A DNA stretch of 64,000 nt from Bdellovibrionota bacterium (GCA_965207455.1 CBDBMJ010000001.1:960001-1024000); one strand, 5' to 3'. Shown: positions 42,443 through 52,879, counted from the stretch's first letter. Translations and numbers: made by a program. The notes: generated from the sequence alone by a model not told the origin.

Positions 42443-43203
42443 TGCAAACGAAAGCAGTACATTTATCCCTCTTATTTTCCATGTTACTTCCCATGCTACT
42501 GTCCGCATGTGCAAGTACGAAATTTAAAGTACTAACAAAAAAGGAAATCTCTCGTGAACTAAGAGCAGTGAATACCTCCACACAAAAACGAAAAGAATCT
42601 TCGGGCACGATCTTCGTCAACTGGAAAAATTCTAAAAAAAACATCACTGCCACAGGCATACTCCTGCTACGCTGGCCGGACAAACTCCAACTGGAACTAC
42701 AAAATCCCCTCGGACAAACACTGGCATACCTTGTGCTCAATGGAGATAAATTCTGGTGGTATCAAAATAAAAAAGTGCAAACAGGAAATATTACTTCCCC
42801 AGAAAGACAACTTCCCATTCCACTATCCTCCAGAACACTCCTGCAAGCGCTTTTGGCCAGACCCGGTATTAATAAATCCTATATCTGGAAGGGGATTAAA
42901 AATTCTAACGAAGTAATGCTATACCCCGGCACAACGAATCAGGAACGCCTGAGATGGAACTCCGCTTTAAAAGAACCCACCCAATGGCGAAAAAAACTAA
43001 CGTCGACTAGTCGCCTTATAACTCACTATAGCAACTACCAAGTGCACTCCGGTATTCGTTTTCCCATGCATATAAAACTCCAAATACTTCAGAAAAAAAG
43101 AAAAGTATTGACGATAAATTGGTATTGGGAAGAAATTTCTAATTTCATCTCCCCTAAATCAAAGCCGTTTACAATCCCTCCCCGTTGGGCAAAACACCTT
43201 TAA
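42442..43203 (+). CDS. Lipoprotein, possibly LolA/LolB-like fold
   Basis: Lipobox LLSAC; PDKLQLELQNPLG motif; coupled to the upstream gene. Confidence 0.55.
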   Translation: MQTKAVHLSLLFSMLLPMLLSACASTKFKVLTKKEISRELRAVNTSTQKRKESSGTIFVNWKNSKKNITATGILLLRWPDKLQLELQNPLGQTLAYLVLNGDKFWWYQNKKVQTGNITSPERQLPIPLSSRTLLQALLARPGINKSYIWKGIKNSNEVMLYPGTTNQERLRWNSALKEPTQWRKKLTSTSRLITHYSNYQVHSGIRFPMHIKLQILQKKRKVLTINWYWEEISNFISPKSKPFTIPPRWAKHL

Positions 43204-43314
43204 AACGCATAGCAAGCCACTATATTATACTTTTTTGACAATAAGAGGACGCATCAATCGCCTCTTTATGTTAAGAAGGGGAGGAATAAAAACCTAAATA
43301 TAAGGAGAAAAAAA

Positions 43315-45090
43315 ATGAAGAAAAAAAATCTATTCAGCGGTGTTTTAGTTTTAATCCTAACCCTACTAATCCTACCCAACTGCACAAAAAAACCAGTAGA
43401 GACAGGTAAAGTACTCAACCTCGTAGTAACAGCGAAGCTCAAAGGCTTGGATCCAGCTTTTGCCTCAGACCTATACTCCTCCACAGAAGTGAATCGAGTA
43501 TACGAATCCTTATTCCAATACCATTATTTGAAAAGACCCTACGTTCTCGTTCCTCTACTTGCTCAGTCCATGCCAAAAATTTCAAAAGATAAACTTACCT
43601 ATACAATCAACGTCCGCAAGAACGTATTTTTTCATAACGACCCTGCATTTCCACAGGGAAAGGGACGGGAACTGGTAGCAAAAGATTTTATCTATAGTCT
43701 TATGCGCATCGCCGACCCCAATCTTCACTCCACAGGCTGGTGGATTTTAGAAAATCGAATACAGGGCCTAGATAAGTGGAGAGAAGAAATGAAAGCAGCA
43801 CAAACTACAGATTACTCTAAGGGGGTATCTGGTCTCCGGCTTTTGGGAAAATATACTCTAAAAATTAAACTTAAAGATCCCTACCCACAACTATTAAATA
43901 TTTTAGCCATGCCTTATACCTCAGCAGTACCCGAAGAAGTTGTGAATAAATACGGACCTGAGTTTATTAACCATGCCATTGGCACTGGTCCATTTATCCT
44001 AAAGTTTTTCAAACCTTCCGAACAAGTAATTTATGAAAAAAATCCCATCTATTGGGGACATTACCCAAAGGATGGAGGAAAAGAAGACAGAGCCAATGGA
44101 TTACTCGCCGACGCAGGGAAATCCCTTCCTCTCGTAGACAAAGTAAAAGTTCGTGTGATTGTGGAGAGCCAACCGCGATGGATGCACTTTTTAAATTCAG
44201 AACTGGACATAGTGGCTGTTCCTAAAGATAACTTTAGTGATGCCATTACTCCCAACCTCACGCTCACGAAGAAATTTAAAGAGAAAAATATTCGTCTCTC
44301 CATCCTACCGTCATTGGATATAGCCTATACATCCTTTAACTTGGAGTCTGAGGAAATTCCCCAGTTTCGAAACAAGCGGGTACGTCGAGCAATCTCCATT
44401 GCTCTTTCCTCAGAGTCGGAACGTTTTATTAAGATTTTCTATAACGGTTTTGCCATAAAAGCCCAAACACCCATCCCCCCTGGAATTACCGGCTACCGGT
44501 CCGACTACCTCAACCCATATAAAAGAGGAGGTCTACAACGTGCTAAAAAAATGCTTGCCGATGCGGGATATCCCAACGGTAAGGGCATACCTGTGATTCC
44601 TTTTGATATTGTGAGTAGCACTAACTCCCGTCAAATAGCGGAATTTCAAATAAGAATCCTAGAAAAACTGGGACTGAAATTTAAACTTATAGCCAGTACA
44701 TGGCCCGAATTCCAAAAACGAATCCAACGAAGACAAACTCATTTCTGGAGTGTAGCTTGGGCAGCCGATTACCCCGATGCGGAAAATTTCCTGCAACTCT
44801 TCTATGGAAAAAATGCTCAACCCGGCGGAATGAACGGTTCCTACTATAAGAATAAAAATTTCGACCGTATCTTTACAAAAGCCCGGAAAATGCAAGACTC
44901 CTCTCGACGAACACGACTCTATGAAAAACTATCCCGAATAATTTCCAGTGACGTGCCCGTTATACTCAACGTACACAGGAAAAATGTGGTCCTAATACAA
45001 CCATATTTAAAAAATTACAAGCACAGTGAGTTTCCCGTGAATGTGGCAAAGTACCTAGATGTGGAAAAAGATATGAAGAGAGGTCTTTAA
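43315..45090 (+). CDS. Peptide ABC transporter substrate-binding lipoprotein (family 5)
   Basis: LDPA, YESL, GTGPF, WAADYPDAENF. Confidence 0.9.
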   Translation: MKKKNLFSGVLVLILTLLILPNCTKKPVETGKVLNLVVTAKLKGLDPAFASDLYSSTEVNRVYESLFQYHYLKRPYVLVPLLAQSMPKISKDKLTYTINVRKNVFFHNDPAFPQGKGRELVAKDFIYSLMRIADPNLHSTGWWILENRIQGLDKWREEMKAAQTTDYSKGVSGLRLLGKYTLKIKLKDPYPQLLNILAMPYTSAVPEEVVNKYGPEFINHAIGTGPFILKFFKPSEQVIYEKNPIYWGHYPKDGGKEDRANGLLADAGKSLPLVDKVKVRVIVESQPRWMHFLNSELDIVAVPKDNFSDAITPNLTLTKKFKEKNIRLSILPSLDIAYTSFNLESEEIPQFRNKRVRRAISIALSSESERFIKIFYNGFAIKAQTPIPPGITGYRSDYLNPYKRGGLQRAKKMLADAGYPNGKGIPVIPFDIVSSTNSRQIAEFQIRILEKLGLKFKLIASTWPEFQKRIQRRQTHFWSVAWAADYPDAENFLQLFYGKNAQPGGMNGSYYKNKNFDRIFTKARKMQDSSRRTRLYEKLSRIISSDVPVILNVHRKNVVLIQPYLKNYKHSEFPVNVAKYLDVEKDMKRGL

Positions 45091-45105
45091 AACTAAGAGG
45101 AAAAA

Positions 45106-46041
45106 ATGTTTGCATATATAGTACGAAGATCCATGTACACAATACCTATCCTTTTAGGTATTGCCCTTGTCACGTTTCTTCTCTTCAACGTAGCCGCCGG
45201 TGACCCTGCTTTAATGATATTGGGCAAACACGCAGATGCACAATCTATCCAAGAAATGCGCATACAGTTGGGTCTGGACCGGCCTCTCATCGTTCAATTC
45301 TGGGATACGGTTGTACAAATGTTTACCTTCGACTTTGGTCGCTCCTACTATACCAAACAAGTGATTTCACAAATGCTCTCCTCTGCTGCTGTTGTCTCCC
45401 TAACCCTCACCGTTCCCGCATTTATCCTATTGATTCTAATTGCCCTAGTTATCTCCCTTTTCGTAGCCTTCTGGCGAGGTACTAAAATTGATAAAACCCT
45501 AGTGGTCTTCTGTGTAATGGGAATCTCCATTCCCTCGTTAAGCTATATTCTCTTTGGTCAAAATATCCTTGCCTACCAATTCCAACTTTTTCCTATTTCT
45601 GGGTATTCACGATACTTTCCCGAAATGTATATCTACCTAGCCCTCCCCATCCTTATATGGATAACTGGAAGTATAGGATCGGAAGTCCGATTTTATAGAA
45701 CGGTCCTACTGGACGTGAGCAACCAGGACTATGTGCGAACTGCACGAGCAAAAGGCCTAAGCGAGACACTGGTGATGGCCAAACATGTATTGAAAAATGC
45801 AATGATCCCCATCATCACACGAACCGTAATTATCATACCCAACTTAATACTGGGCTCCCTATTGTTAGAGAATTTTTTTAGTATTCCCGGTATGGGCAGC
45901 ATGCTCATTGATGCCATCAATACGGGCGACTTCCCCGTGGCACGTGCCATTGTAATGGTGATCTCCGTTTTATACGTTGCCTTTAACCTACTGACCGATA
46001 TTTGCTACACCATTGTCGACCCAAGGATATCTCTCCGATGA
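45106..46041 (+). CDS. Peptide ABC transporter permease (OppB/DppB-like)
   Basis: LGLDRP, DFGRS, DYVRTARAKG, DPRI. Confidence 0.92.
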   Translation: MFAYIVRRSMYTIPILLGIALVTFLLFNVAAGDPALMILGKHADAQSIQEMRIQLGLDRPLIVQFWDTVVQMFTFDFGRSYYTKQVISQMLSSAAVVSLTLTVPAFILLILIALVISLFVAFWRGTKIDKTLVVFCVMGISIPSLSYILFGQNILAYQFQLFPISGYSRYFPEMYIYLALPILIWITGSIGSEVRFYRTVLLDVSNQDYVRTARAKGLSETLVMAKHVLKNAMIPIITRTVIIIPNLILGSLLLENFFSIPGMGSMLIDAINTGDFPVARAIVMVISVLYVAFNLLTDICYTIVDPRISLR

Positions 46042-46928
46042 GCGCCCTAGCCCAAAACAAAAAAGCCACAAACGCACAGGGAGTATCCCTATGGCAAGAC
46101 GCCTGGAAACGACTAAAAAGGGACCGACTGGCCATCGCTAGCCTCCTTACTATCATCTTTTACTGCTTCATTGCCATCTTCACACAAATTGACTTTCTCA
46201 TGACCGACTGGAAAATAGAAGTAGCCGAAAGCTATGCAAGACCCAGCCTTTCCTCCTGGACACTATGGTTTGGAGCCGACATATTTGGACGCAGCGTATT
46301 ATTAAAAACTATTATGGGTGCCTATGTATCCATGTCTGTGGCTATCTACTCCAGCCTTATTGCCATCCCCTTGGGTGTAATGTTTGGAGCAACTGCCGGG
46401 TATTTCGGTGGATGGATAGATGAGATCATCACTTGGTTCTATACAACCCTATCGAATATTCCCTATATACTCCTGCTCATCTCCCTAACCTATATTATGG
46501 ATAAGGGAATTACCTCCATGTCCTTAGCCTTGGGGGTTACAAGCTGGGTTACAACATGTCGTCTGATCCGGGGAGAATTTATCAAACACAAGGAAAGAGA
46601 ATATGTACAAGCAGCTAAAAGCCTAGGTGCAAGCTCAAAGCGGCAGATTTTTATCCATATTCTCCCAAATGTTAGCCATATTATCATTATCCAAGTGTCT
46701 TTTCTGTGCATTTCGGCTATCTTAGCAGAGGTGGTTTTGAGTTATCTGGGTCTAGGTGTCCAGGGGCTGCCCAGTTGGGGAACAATGATTGATGAAGCAA
46801 AATTAGAGTTAGCTCGTGGCGTATGGTGGCAACTGGTGGCAGCCACAGGTTTTATCTTTTTAATTGCCCTGGCATTGAATATACTAGGAGATGCATTGAG
46901 AGACTGTTTGGATCCGAAACTCCGTTGA
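46038..46928 (+). CDS. Peptide ABC transporter permease (OppC/DppC-like)
   Basis: FGADIFGR, EYVQAAKSLGA, HILPN, LGDALRDCLDPK. Confidence 0.92.
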   Translation: MSALAQNKKATNAQGVSLWQDAWKRLKRDRLAIASLLTIIFYCFIAIFTQIDFLMTDWKIEVAESYARPSLSSWTLWFGADIFGRSVLLKTIMGAYVSMSVAIYSSLIAIPLGVMFGATAGYFGGWIDEIITWFYTTLSNIPYILLLISLTYIMDKGITSMSLALGVTSWVTTCRLIRGEFIKHKEREYVQAAKSLGASSKRQIFIHILPNVSHIIIIQVSFLCISAILAEVVLSYLGLGVQGLPSWGTMIDEAKLELARGVWWQLVAATGFIFLIALALNILGDALRDCLDPKLR

Positions 46929-46944
46929 TAAAAGTTGATACAAT

Positions 46945-47943
46945 ATGAATGTTTTAGAAGTAAAAAATTTAAAAACCAGCTTTTGCCTAGAAGATAAGCA
47001 ATGGGTAACTGCCGTCAATGATATCTCTTTTTCTGTGCCTAAAGGAAAAACAATTGGCATAGTGGGAGAAAGTGGCTGTGGTAAATCCGTTACTGCCCTT
47101 TCTATTATGCGCTTAATTGCAGATCCACCCGGGAAAATCACCGGAGGAGAGATATTTTTTCAAGGAACAAACCTCCTAAACCTTTCCAACCAAGAAATGC
47201 GCAAAATTCGAGGAAATAAAATTTCCATGATATTCCAAGAACCCATGACATCCCTCAATCCCGTCTTCACCATTGGCAACCAAATTATGGAAAGTATTAT
47301 CCTTCACCAAAAGGTTTCTCGAAGTGAAGCCAAGAAAAAAGCCATTGATATGCTACATCTTGTGGGCATTTCTTCTGCCGATACGCGTGTGGAAGAATAC
47401 CCCCACCAACTCTCAGGAGGAATGCGCCAGCGGGTGATGATTGCAATGGCACTGTCGTGTAACCCCACCCTATTAATCGCCGATGAACCCACCACCGCTC
47501 TGGATGTTACTATCCAAGCCCAAATTTTAGATCTTATTGCTGGTTTACAAAAAAAATTAGGCATGGCTGTTTTACTTATCACCCATGACTTGGGGGTTGT
47601 GGCCGAGGTATGTGATTATGTGGTAGTAATGTACGCAGGAAAAGTTGTGGAGCATGGAAATGTGGACGACATTTTTCTCAACACCGCTCACCCGTACACA
47701 AAGGGTTTGTTAAATTCCCTGCCATCCATTACTGGAATAAAACAAAAAAAACGATTACAAACAATCCCTGGGATTGTGCCAGACCTATTGTCTCTGCCCC
47801 CTGGCTGCTCTTTTAACGACCGCTGCACTCGTCGAAAAGAACATTGTTCTAAGGATACTCCTAGTTTACGTCCCATACTCTCCTCTACCCATCAAGCCTC
47901 CTGCTTTAATCCTTACAAAAAAAATGAGGCAATAGATCCATGA
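46945..47943 (+). CDS. Peptide ABC transporter ATPase (OppD/DppD-like)
   Basis: [30 protein letters not shown]-terminal Cys motif. Confidence 0.93.
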   Translation: MNVLEVKNLKTSFCLEDKQWVTAVNDISFSVPKGKTIGIVGESGCGKSVTALSIMRLIADPPGKITGGEIFFQGTNLLNLSNQEMRKIRGNKISMIFQEPMTSLNPVFTIGNQIMESIILHQKVSRSEAKKKAIDMLHLVGISSADTRVEEYPHQLSGGMRQRVMIAMALSCNPTLLIADEPTTALDVTIQAQILDLIAGLQKKLGMAVLLITHDLGVVAEVCDYVVVMYAGKVVEHGNVDDIFLNTAHPYTKGLLNSLPSITGIKQKKRLQTIPGIVPDLLSLPPGCSFNDRCTRRKEHCSKDTPSLRPILSSTHQASCFNPYKKNEAIDP

Positions 47944-48932
47944 CACCAGCAAATCCCAACGAAAATTTACTGGTAGTAAGAAATTTATCAAAATTTTTTC
48001 CCATTCATGCTGGCATTCTCCGTCGAGAGGTAGCGTCCGTAACTGCTGTTTCAGACGTGAGCTTTTCCATCAAACGAGGAGAAACATTGGGGCTGGTGGG
48101 AGAAAGTGGTTGTGGAAAGTCCACACTGGGTCGCTGTATTTTACGCCTCCTAGACCCCTCTGCTGGAGAAGTCTGGTTCAATGGACAGAATATTTTAAAC
48201 TATAACGCTAAAGAAATGCGACGAATCCGTCAAAAGATGCAAATTATTTTTCAAGACCCGTTTGCCTCCCTAAACCCTAGAATGATGGTGAGCTCAGTCC
48301 TAGAAGAACCCATTCGTATTCATAAGCTTATGAAACACTCGGCTGATGTGAATAAACGCTCCTTAAAACTATTGGACCTTTGTGGCCTACATTCCAGCGC
48401 CATGAACCGCTATCCCCATGAGTTCAGCGGCGGTCAACGCCAGCGAATTTGCATCGCCCGTTCCTTAGCTGTGGAACCAGAATTTATTATTTGCGACGAA
48501 CCCGTATCTGCCCTAGACGTTTCCATCCAAGCCCAAATTGTAAACCTATTGCAGGATTTACAGGAAGAATTGAACTTAACCTATCTATTTATTGCCCACG
48601 ATCTACAAGTAATAGAACATATCTCTAACCGCGTTGCCGTAATGTATTTAGGAAAAATAGTGGAAATTGCCGAAGCAGATACACTCTATGCACAACCCAA
48701 ACACCCCTATACGGAAGCATTATTTTCAGCTATTCCCGTTCCCGATCCTCATTATAAAAAGAAACGAATTATTTTAGAGGGCGATGTGCCCAGCCCCATC
48801 TCTCTTCCCAGTGGCTGCTCCTTTCATCCACGCTGCCATCATGTAATGAGCAATTGCTCTAAAGATCGACCATTACTAAAGGAAGTGGCAAAAGATCACC
48901 ACACAGCTTGCTGGCTACACCCCGGCAGTTAG
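47940..48932 (+). CDS. Peptide ABC transporter ATPase (OppF/DppF-like)
   Basis: [29 protein letters not shown]. Confidence 0.93.
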   Translation: MTPANPNENLLVVRNLSKFFPIHAGILRREVASVTAVSDVSFSIKRGETLGLVGESGCGKSTLGRCILRLLDPSAGEVWFNGQNILNYNAKEMRRIRQKMQIIFQDPFASLNPRMMVSSVLEEPIRIHKLMKHSADVNKRSLKLLDLCGLHSSAMNRYPHEFSGGQRQRICIARSLAVEPEFIICDEPVSALDVSIQAQIVNLLQDLQEELNLTYLFIAHDLQVIEHISNRVAVMYLGKIVEIAEADTLYAQPKHPYTEALFSAIPVPDPHYKKKRIILEGDVPSPISLPSGCSFHPRCHHVMSNCSKDRPLLKEVAKDHHTACWLHPGS

Positions 48933-49025
48933 AGAAACAAATTTTGTACATTAGAATAAAAATTTATGGATACAATAGAAAGGAATCAGAAAGAAAAAGA
49001 ATAAAATCATAAAAAATAATAAAAT

Positions 49026-49439
49026 GCGATCGTGGTGGAATTGGTAGACACGCCAGATTTAGAATACAACCTGGACCTTTATGGAGAAACCCATAAAGTG
49101 GACACTCCTAATTCGGGGAAACCTTACTGGACCTTTTTTTATGGCCCACTGGCAATCCCGAGCTAGCAAAGAGCAAAAAATGTATGGCTTCTCAAAGCCT
49201 CCATTATAACTCTTGGGCAAGTGTAGAGACTGTACAGAGTGCACCTAAAACTTTTCTTTTTTTTTATTCCATAAAAGAAAAGAAACGGTGAAGAGACAGT
49301 CCAGACTACAAACACATTTCTCTTCTCCCTCCTATTTTCATAAATAGCGAAAGATCAGAAACGTGGCAGTGAAAACTGTAGTTAGAGAGAGGATCTGGTG
49401 CCGCAAGGTGTGAGAGTTCGAGTCTCTCCGATCGCACCA
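49026..49439 (+). tRNA. trnL: tRNA-Leu(UAG), intron-containing (exons 49026-49060 and 49390-49439)
   Basis: Joined exons give acceptor stem GCGATCG/CGATCGC-A-CCA, D-arm TGGTGGAATTGGTAGACA, anticodon arm CCAGA-TTTAGGA-TCTGG, long variable arm GCC-GCAA-GGT and T-arm GAGAG-TTCGAGT-CTCTC. Confidence 0.93.
49061..49389 (+). ncRNA. Group I self-splicing intron (IC3-like), 329 nt, no homing endonuclease
   Basis: Exon ends in U, intron ends in G. P2 CTTTATGG/CCATAAAG, P3 CACTC/GAGTG, P4 TTCGGG/CCCGAG, P7 GACTG/CAGTC within R-like GTAGAGACTG and S-like AAGAGACAGTCC, P8 CACC/GGTG, GAAA-capped P9 region. Confidence 0.9.
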
Positions 49440-49613
49440 ACTCGCAATGCATTATCTTTCCCAAAAAAACGGACACTTTTACACAAAAATAAATGAAGAA
49501 AACAGTTTTTTCTAATTCACAGGCTTTTGCAAAAAATTAGACATGAAAGCAAGTTAATAGATACACGACTTCTTATATTCTAAATAAGAAGTTTAACCCA
49601 TCAGAGCAATTTT

Positions 49614-50900
49614 TTATGGAGTTTCTACTGGAAAAGCTGGAATTGAAATAGCTATGGTGCTGCAAAAAACGCTACCACATTTGCTAAGTGTAGAAAAGCC
49701 TAGCTGGTTATAAGTGTTACTTCCCCAGCATTTTATATTTCCACTATTTAAAAGTACGCAGGAGTGAGCAATTCCAAAAGCAATTTGACTTACATCATTT
49801 AAATCAAAAACATCAACTGGTATTAAACTATCTGTGGTGCTATTATTACCCAATTCTCCATAATTATTATTTCCCCAGCACTTCACAGTACCTGCTTCAT
49901 TGATACCAGTGGTGTTGGTATCATCAACTAGAGCTGCGCAGGTGTAACTTCCTCCCAAAGCAATTTGACTTACACCACTTAAACCCGAAACATCCACTGA
50001 TGTTGGACTATTTGTGGTGCTATTGTTGCCCAACTGCCCAGAACTATTAGATCCCCAGCATTTCACTGTTTTATCCTCTAAAATTGCACAGGAGTGTATA
50101 CCATTCAAGTCGATTTTACTTACATTGCTTAAATCCAGAGGAGGAACGGTATCACTAGGATCAGGATCAGGAAGCTTAACAGCAACTGGTGTTAAACTTT
50201 GTGTTGTACTATTATTACCCAACTGCCCAGAACTATTATATCCCCAGCATTTCACTGTTTTATCATTTAAAACTGCGCAACTGTGATACCTTCCTAAGGA
50301 AATTTGACTTATACCACTTAAACTTGAAATATCAATTGGTACTGGACTCTGTGTTGTACTATTATTACCCAGTTGCCCATAACCATTATATCCCCAGCAC
50401 TTTACAGCTCCAGTACTTAAACGTGCGCAGCCGTGAGAATCTCCTAAAGAAATTTGACTTACATCGCTTAAACCAGAAACATCAACCGGTGTTGAACTCT
50501 GTTCTGTAGTATTATTACCCAATTGCCCATAAACATTATCTCCCCAGCATTTCACTGTTTTATCATTTAAAACTGCACAGGAGTGCTGGTACCCTAAGGA
50601 AATTTGACTTACACCACTTAAACCCGAAACATCAACTGGTGTTAAACTATTATTATCGCTTTCACCATTACCCAACTGACCCTTCCCATTATTTCCCCAG
50701 CATTTCACACTGCCATCATTTAAAACTGCGCAGGTGTGATAATACCCTAAAGCAATTTGTCTAACGTCTTTTGGATTTCCTGTTAGCACACTCTCTTCTT
50801 CAAGAATTACCTCTTCTCCACCACACCCAATCAGTGCAATCATGAAAAAAAAAGCTGTATATATATTTTTTCTAAAAAGTAATACTTTTAATAAATGCAT
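49614..50900 (-). CDS. RCC1/BLIP-II repeat beta-propeller lipoprotein
   Basis: Seven ~51-aa repeats QIxLGxxHxCAxLxDxTVKCWGxNxxGQLG; lipobox ALIGC; start uncertain. Confidence 0.9.
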   Translation of the reverse strand: MHLLKVLLFRKNIYTAFFFMIALIGCGGEEVILEEESVLTGNPKDVRQIALGYYHTCAVLNDGSVKCWGNNGKGQLGNGESDNNSLTPVDVSGLSGVSQISLGYQHSCAVLNDKTVKCWGDNVYGQLGNNTTEQSSTPVDVSGLSDVSQISLGDSHGCARLSTGAVKCWGYNGYGQLGNNSTTQSPVPIDISSLSGISQISLGRYHSCAVLNDKTVKCWGYNSSGQLGNNSTTQSLTPVAVKLPDPDPSDTVPPLDLSNVSKIDLNGIHSCAILEDKTVKCWGSNSSGQLGNNSTTNSPTSVDVSGLSGVSQIALGGSYTCAALVDDTNTTGINEAGTVKCWGNNNYGELGNNSTTDSLIPVDVFDLNDVSQIAFGIAHSCVLLNSGNIKCWGSNTYNQLGFSTLSKCGSVFCSTIAISIPAFPVETP

Positions 50901-51055
50901 TTGTAAATATCCTTTGTTTATAACTACCCTTTCGGAACATAGTGGCAATCCATTAATGAAAAATGAATTAAAAAAATTAAAGGTTAAAAAAGCAGGTTTT
51001 TTAAAGAGTGATTTTAAAACATGTATTAGGCTTGAAAGTAATCTTAATGCTTTAA

Positions 51056-51298
51056 TTAAGTGCTACTACAAATGGCTAGGTAGGGCATGAGGAAAAGAGC
51101 AAACATTAAGAGTTTATAAAACCCCATTAAACCATAATGGAGTCCATGGAACTGCTCTTTCGTGAGTTCAAAAAAATGACTGTGTATTTTGTAGATGCCA
51201 TCTTTGAAGAATATGAATACTACAAACCATATCAGAAGCAAACCAAAATTCAGAAGAAACGACTTTAACAAAAAACTTTGAACTAATTCAATACTCAT
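51056..51298 (-). CDS. Small two-TM membrane protein (resembles DUF6868)
   Basis: LNFGLLLIWF...IYKIH...F...HY...YKL pattern; family name recalled from memory, not searched. Confidence 0.6.
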   Translation of the reverse strand: MSIELVQSFLLKSFLLNFGLLLIWFVVFIFFKDGIYKIHSHFFELTKEQFHGLHYGLMGFYKLLMFALFLMPYLAICSST

Positions 51299-51373
51299 TT
51301 TTAATTCTTACTCTCAAAACATAAAAGATAAACATAGGTTAATGGTAGCATGGGCTTCAATTCCTTAACAAGC

Positions 51374-52162
51374 CTACCTGTGTATATTTCCCTCTCCATC
51401 ATCTAGTTTTCTGGTGCATTTGTTTTTAAGTTCATACCAGCCCTTACGAAGACAAACATAGCCACAAGTACCTGTATAGCGAGGGGCACAGCGACCAACG
51501 GAATCAAAAGTTTTCGTATTAGTGGGTAGAATACAATTAGATTTAACTGTTGAATGACAAAGCATATATTCCTGAGTAACAACCCATGAAGTTCCTACGG
51601 GAATCTTGCGACATTCATTTTTAAGTTCAGACCAACCCCTATCAGTACAACCATAACCGCAAACACCTCTATAGCCAGAAGCACAGCGACCAGAGGAGTA
51701 AGCAAAATCAGTAGTAAATAAGGTGCAATTAGATAGTACAGCTTTTTCACAAGAAAACTTACTAGGGGGAGGCTTACGGCAAGTATTTTTAAGTTTAGAC
51801 CACTGATCATCCTCGCAAGTATAACTGCAACTGCCTTCATAACCGATAGCGCAAAAACCAGAGAAACCATCAGATCTGGATGGCCATGTAAGGTTGCAGT
51901 TGTCTTTTTTCAAGTGAGGACAGGAAGGCGATGAATCCGATGGTGTCAGAGTAACCTCTAGACCATTCAGCAAATAAGGAGCATGTGCAGTAGCAAATAA
52001 AGAGCAACTAGATTGAGTTTTGGTCGGGCAGACTAAGGAAGGAGAGCCTGAAATTCCATTGGCTGTAGTGGACAGCATTATTAGGGGCAATGCAAGGATG
52101 AGGCATAATTCCTGTTGTTGGAAGAAAAGAAAGGGCTTTAAAAATAAGTACTTTTTTTCCAT
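51374..52162 (-). CDS. Secreted Cys-rich protein with three tandem repeats
   Basis: Three copies of C..NCxL...GxCAxxYxGxCxYxC...WxxLKNxC. Confidence 0.7.
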   Translation of the reverse strand: MEKKYLFLKPFLFFQQQELCLILALPLIMLSTTANGISGSPSLVCPTKTQSSCSLFATAHAPYLLNGLEVTLTPSDSSPSCPHLKKDNCNLTWPSRSDGFSGFCAIGYEGSCSYTCEDDQWSKLKNTCRKPPPSKFSCEKAVLSNCTLFTTDFAYSSGRCASGYRGVCGYGCTDRGWSELKNECRKIPVGTSWVVTQEYMLCHSTVKSNCILPTNTKTFDSVGRCAPRYTGTCGYVCLRKGWYELKNKCTRKLDDGEGNIHR

Positions 52163-52453
52163 AAAACTCCGTACTGATCAGTTTAAGATAAGAAGAAAAT
52201 CCTTTACTATAACCATTTTAGTTCCATAGTTTAGATTTGGCAAGAAATCCTTTTCTTGAAAAATCTCTTAAAAATCAGCTATATAGAGAATTTTGAAGCA
52301 GAAAATCTTGCTACCTGCTAGGTATATTTTCCATTTTATAGGTATTTTGAGGTCATTGGCTTGACCTCTTATGCAGATTTTTTTTCTTAGTTTCCGAGCA
52401 AAATAATGAAATAAAAAGTTGACAAAAGCTCAAAATGATACTATGCATTAGAA

Positions 52454-52879
52454 ATGAAGACGCATCGCACTATTTTGAAGAAAGGAAAACCAGATTTGAT
52501 AAGAAATACGATTATAGTAGGCTTAGTAGCTCTATACCCAAGTGCGAAAGCCAATCCCCAAATAGATCTTCATTGTAAGTACAAAAATGGAATCCCTCAA
52601 AGATTCCAAATAAATTCGGAGAAAGGTCAGTTAATTATGTATAGAAATACAAACCGAGGGGAAGAACAGAAGGTTGAAAAAAATTGTAATGTTAGTTCTG
52701 ACCCTGATTCTGATTTCTCATTTTCCGTACATTGTGAAAATCTCAACGACATAATAAAATTAGAATGGGGTGGTCAAAAGGGAAAGGGCCTCTTTGAAAA
52801 GATATATACTGAAGTTGAAGCGCCTCCGCTCATAAATCATATGGAATGTGAAAATCCAGTTGCATTAGAGGTCCATTAA
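52454..52879 (+). CDS. Hypothetical exported protein
   Basis: Signal-peptide-like N-terminus and four Cys; preceded by a TTGACA...TACTAT promoter-like pair. Confidence 0.5.
   Translation: MKTHRTILKKGKPDLIRNTIIVGLVALYPSAKANPQIDLHCKYKNGIPQRFQINSEKGQLIMYRNTNRGEEQKVEKNCNVSSDPDSDFSFSVHCENLNDIIKLEWGGQKGKGLFEKIYTEVEAPPLINHMECENPVALEVH

Noticed and set aside
49059..49244. 61-aa minus-strand ORF within the intron as a homing endonuclease
   Set aside because: Antisense to the ribozyme core, too short, and no LAGLIDADG, HNH or GIY-YIG motif.
49063..49391. Alternative intron boundary after the full anticodon (TAG^GA)
   Set aside because: It gives the same spliced tRNA, but the 5' exon would end in G; group I chemistry favours U at the 5' splice site.
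49614..52162. Diversity-generating retroelement template/variable repeats
   Set aside because: Repeats are in-frame protein repeats, differences are not limited to adenines, and there is no reverse transcriptase.
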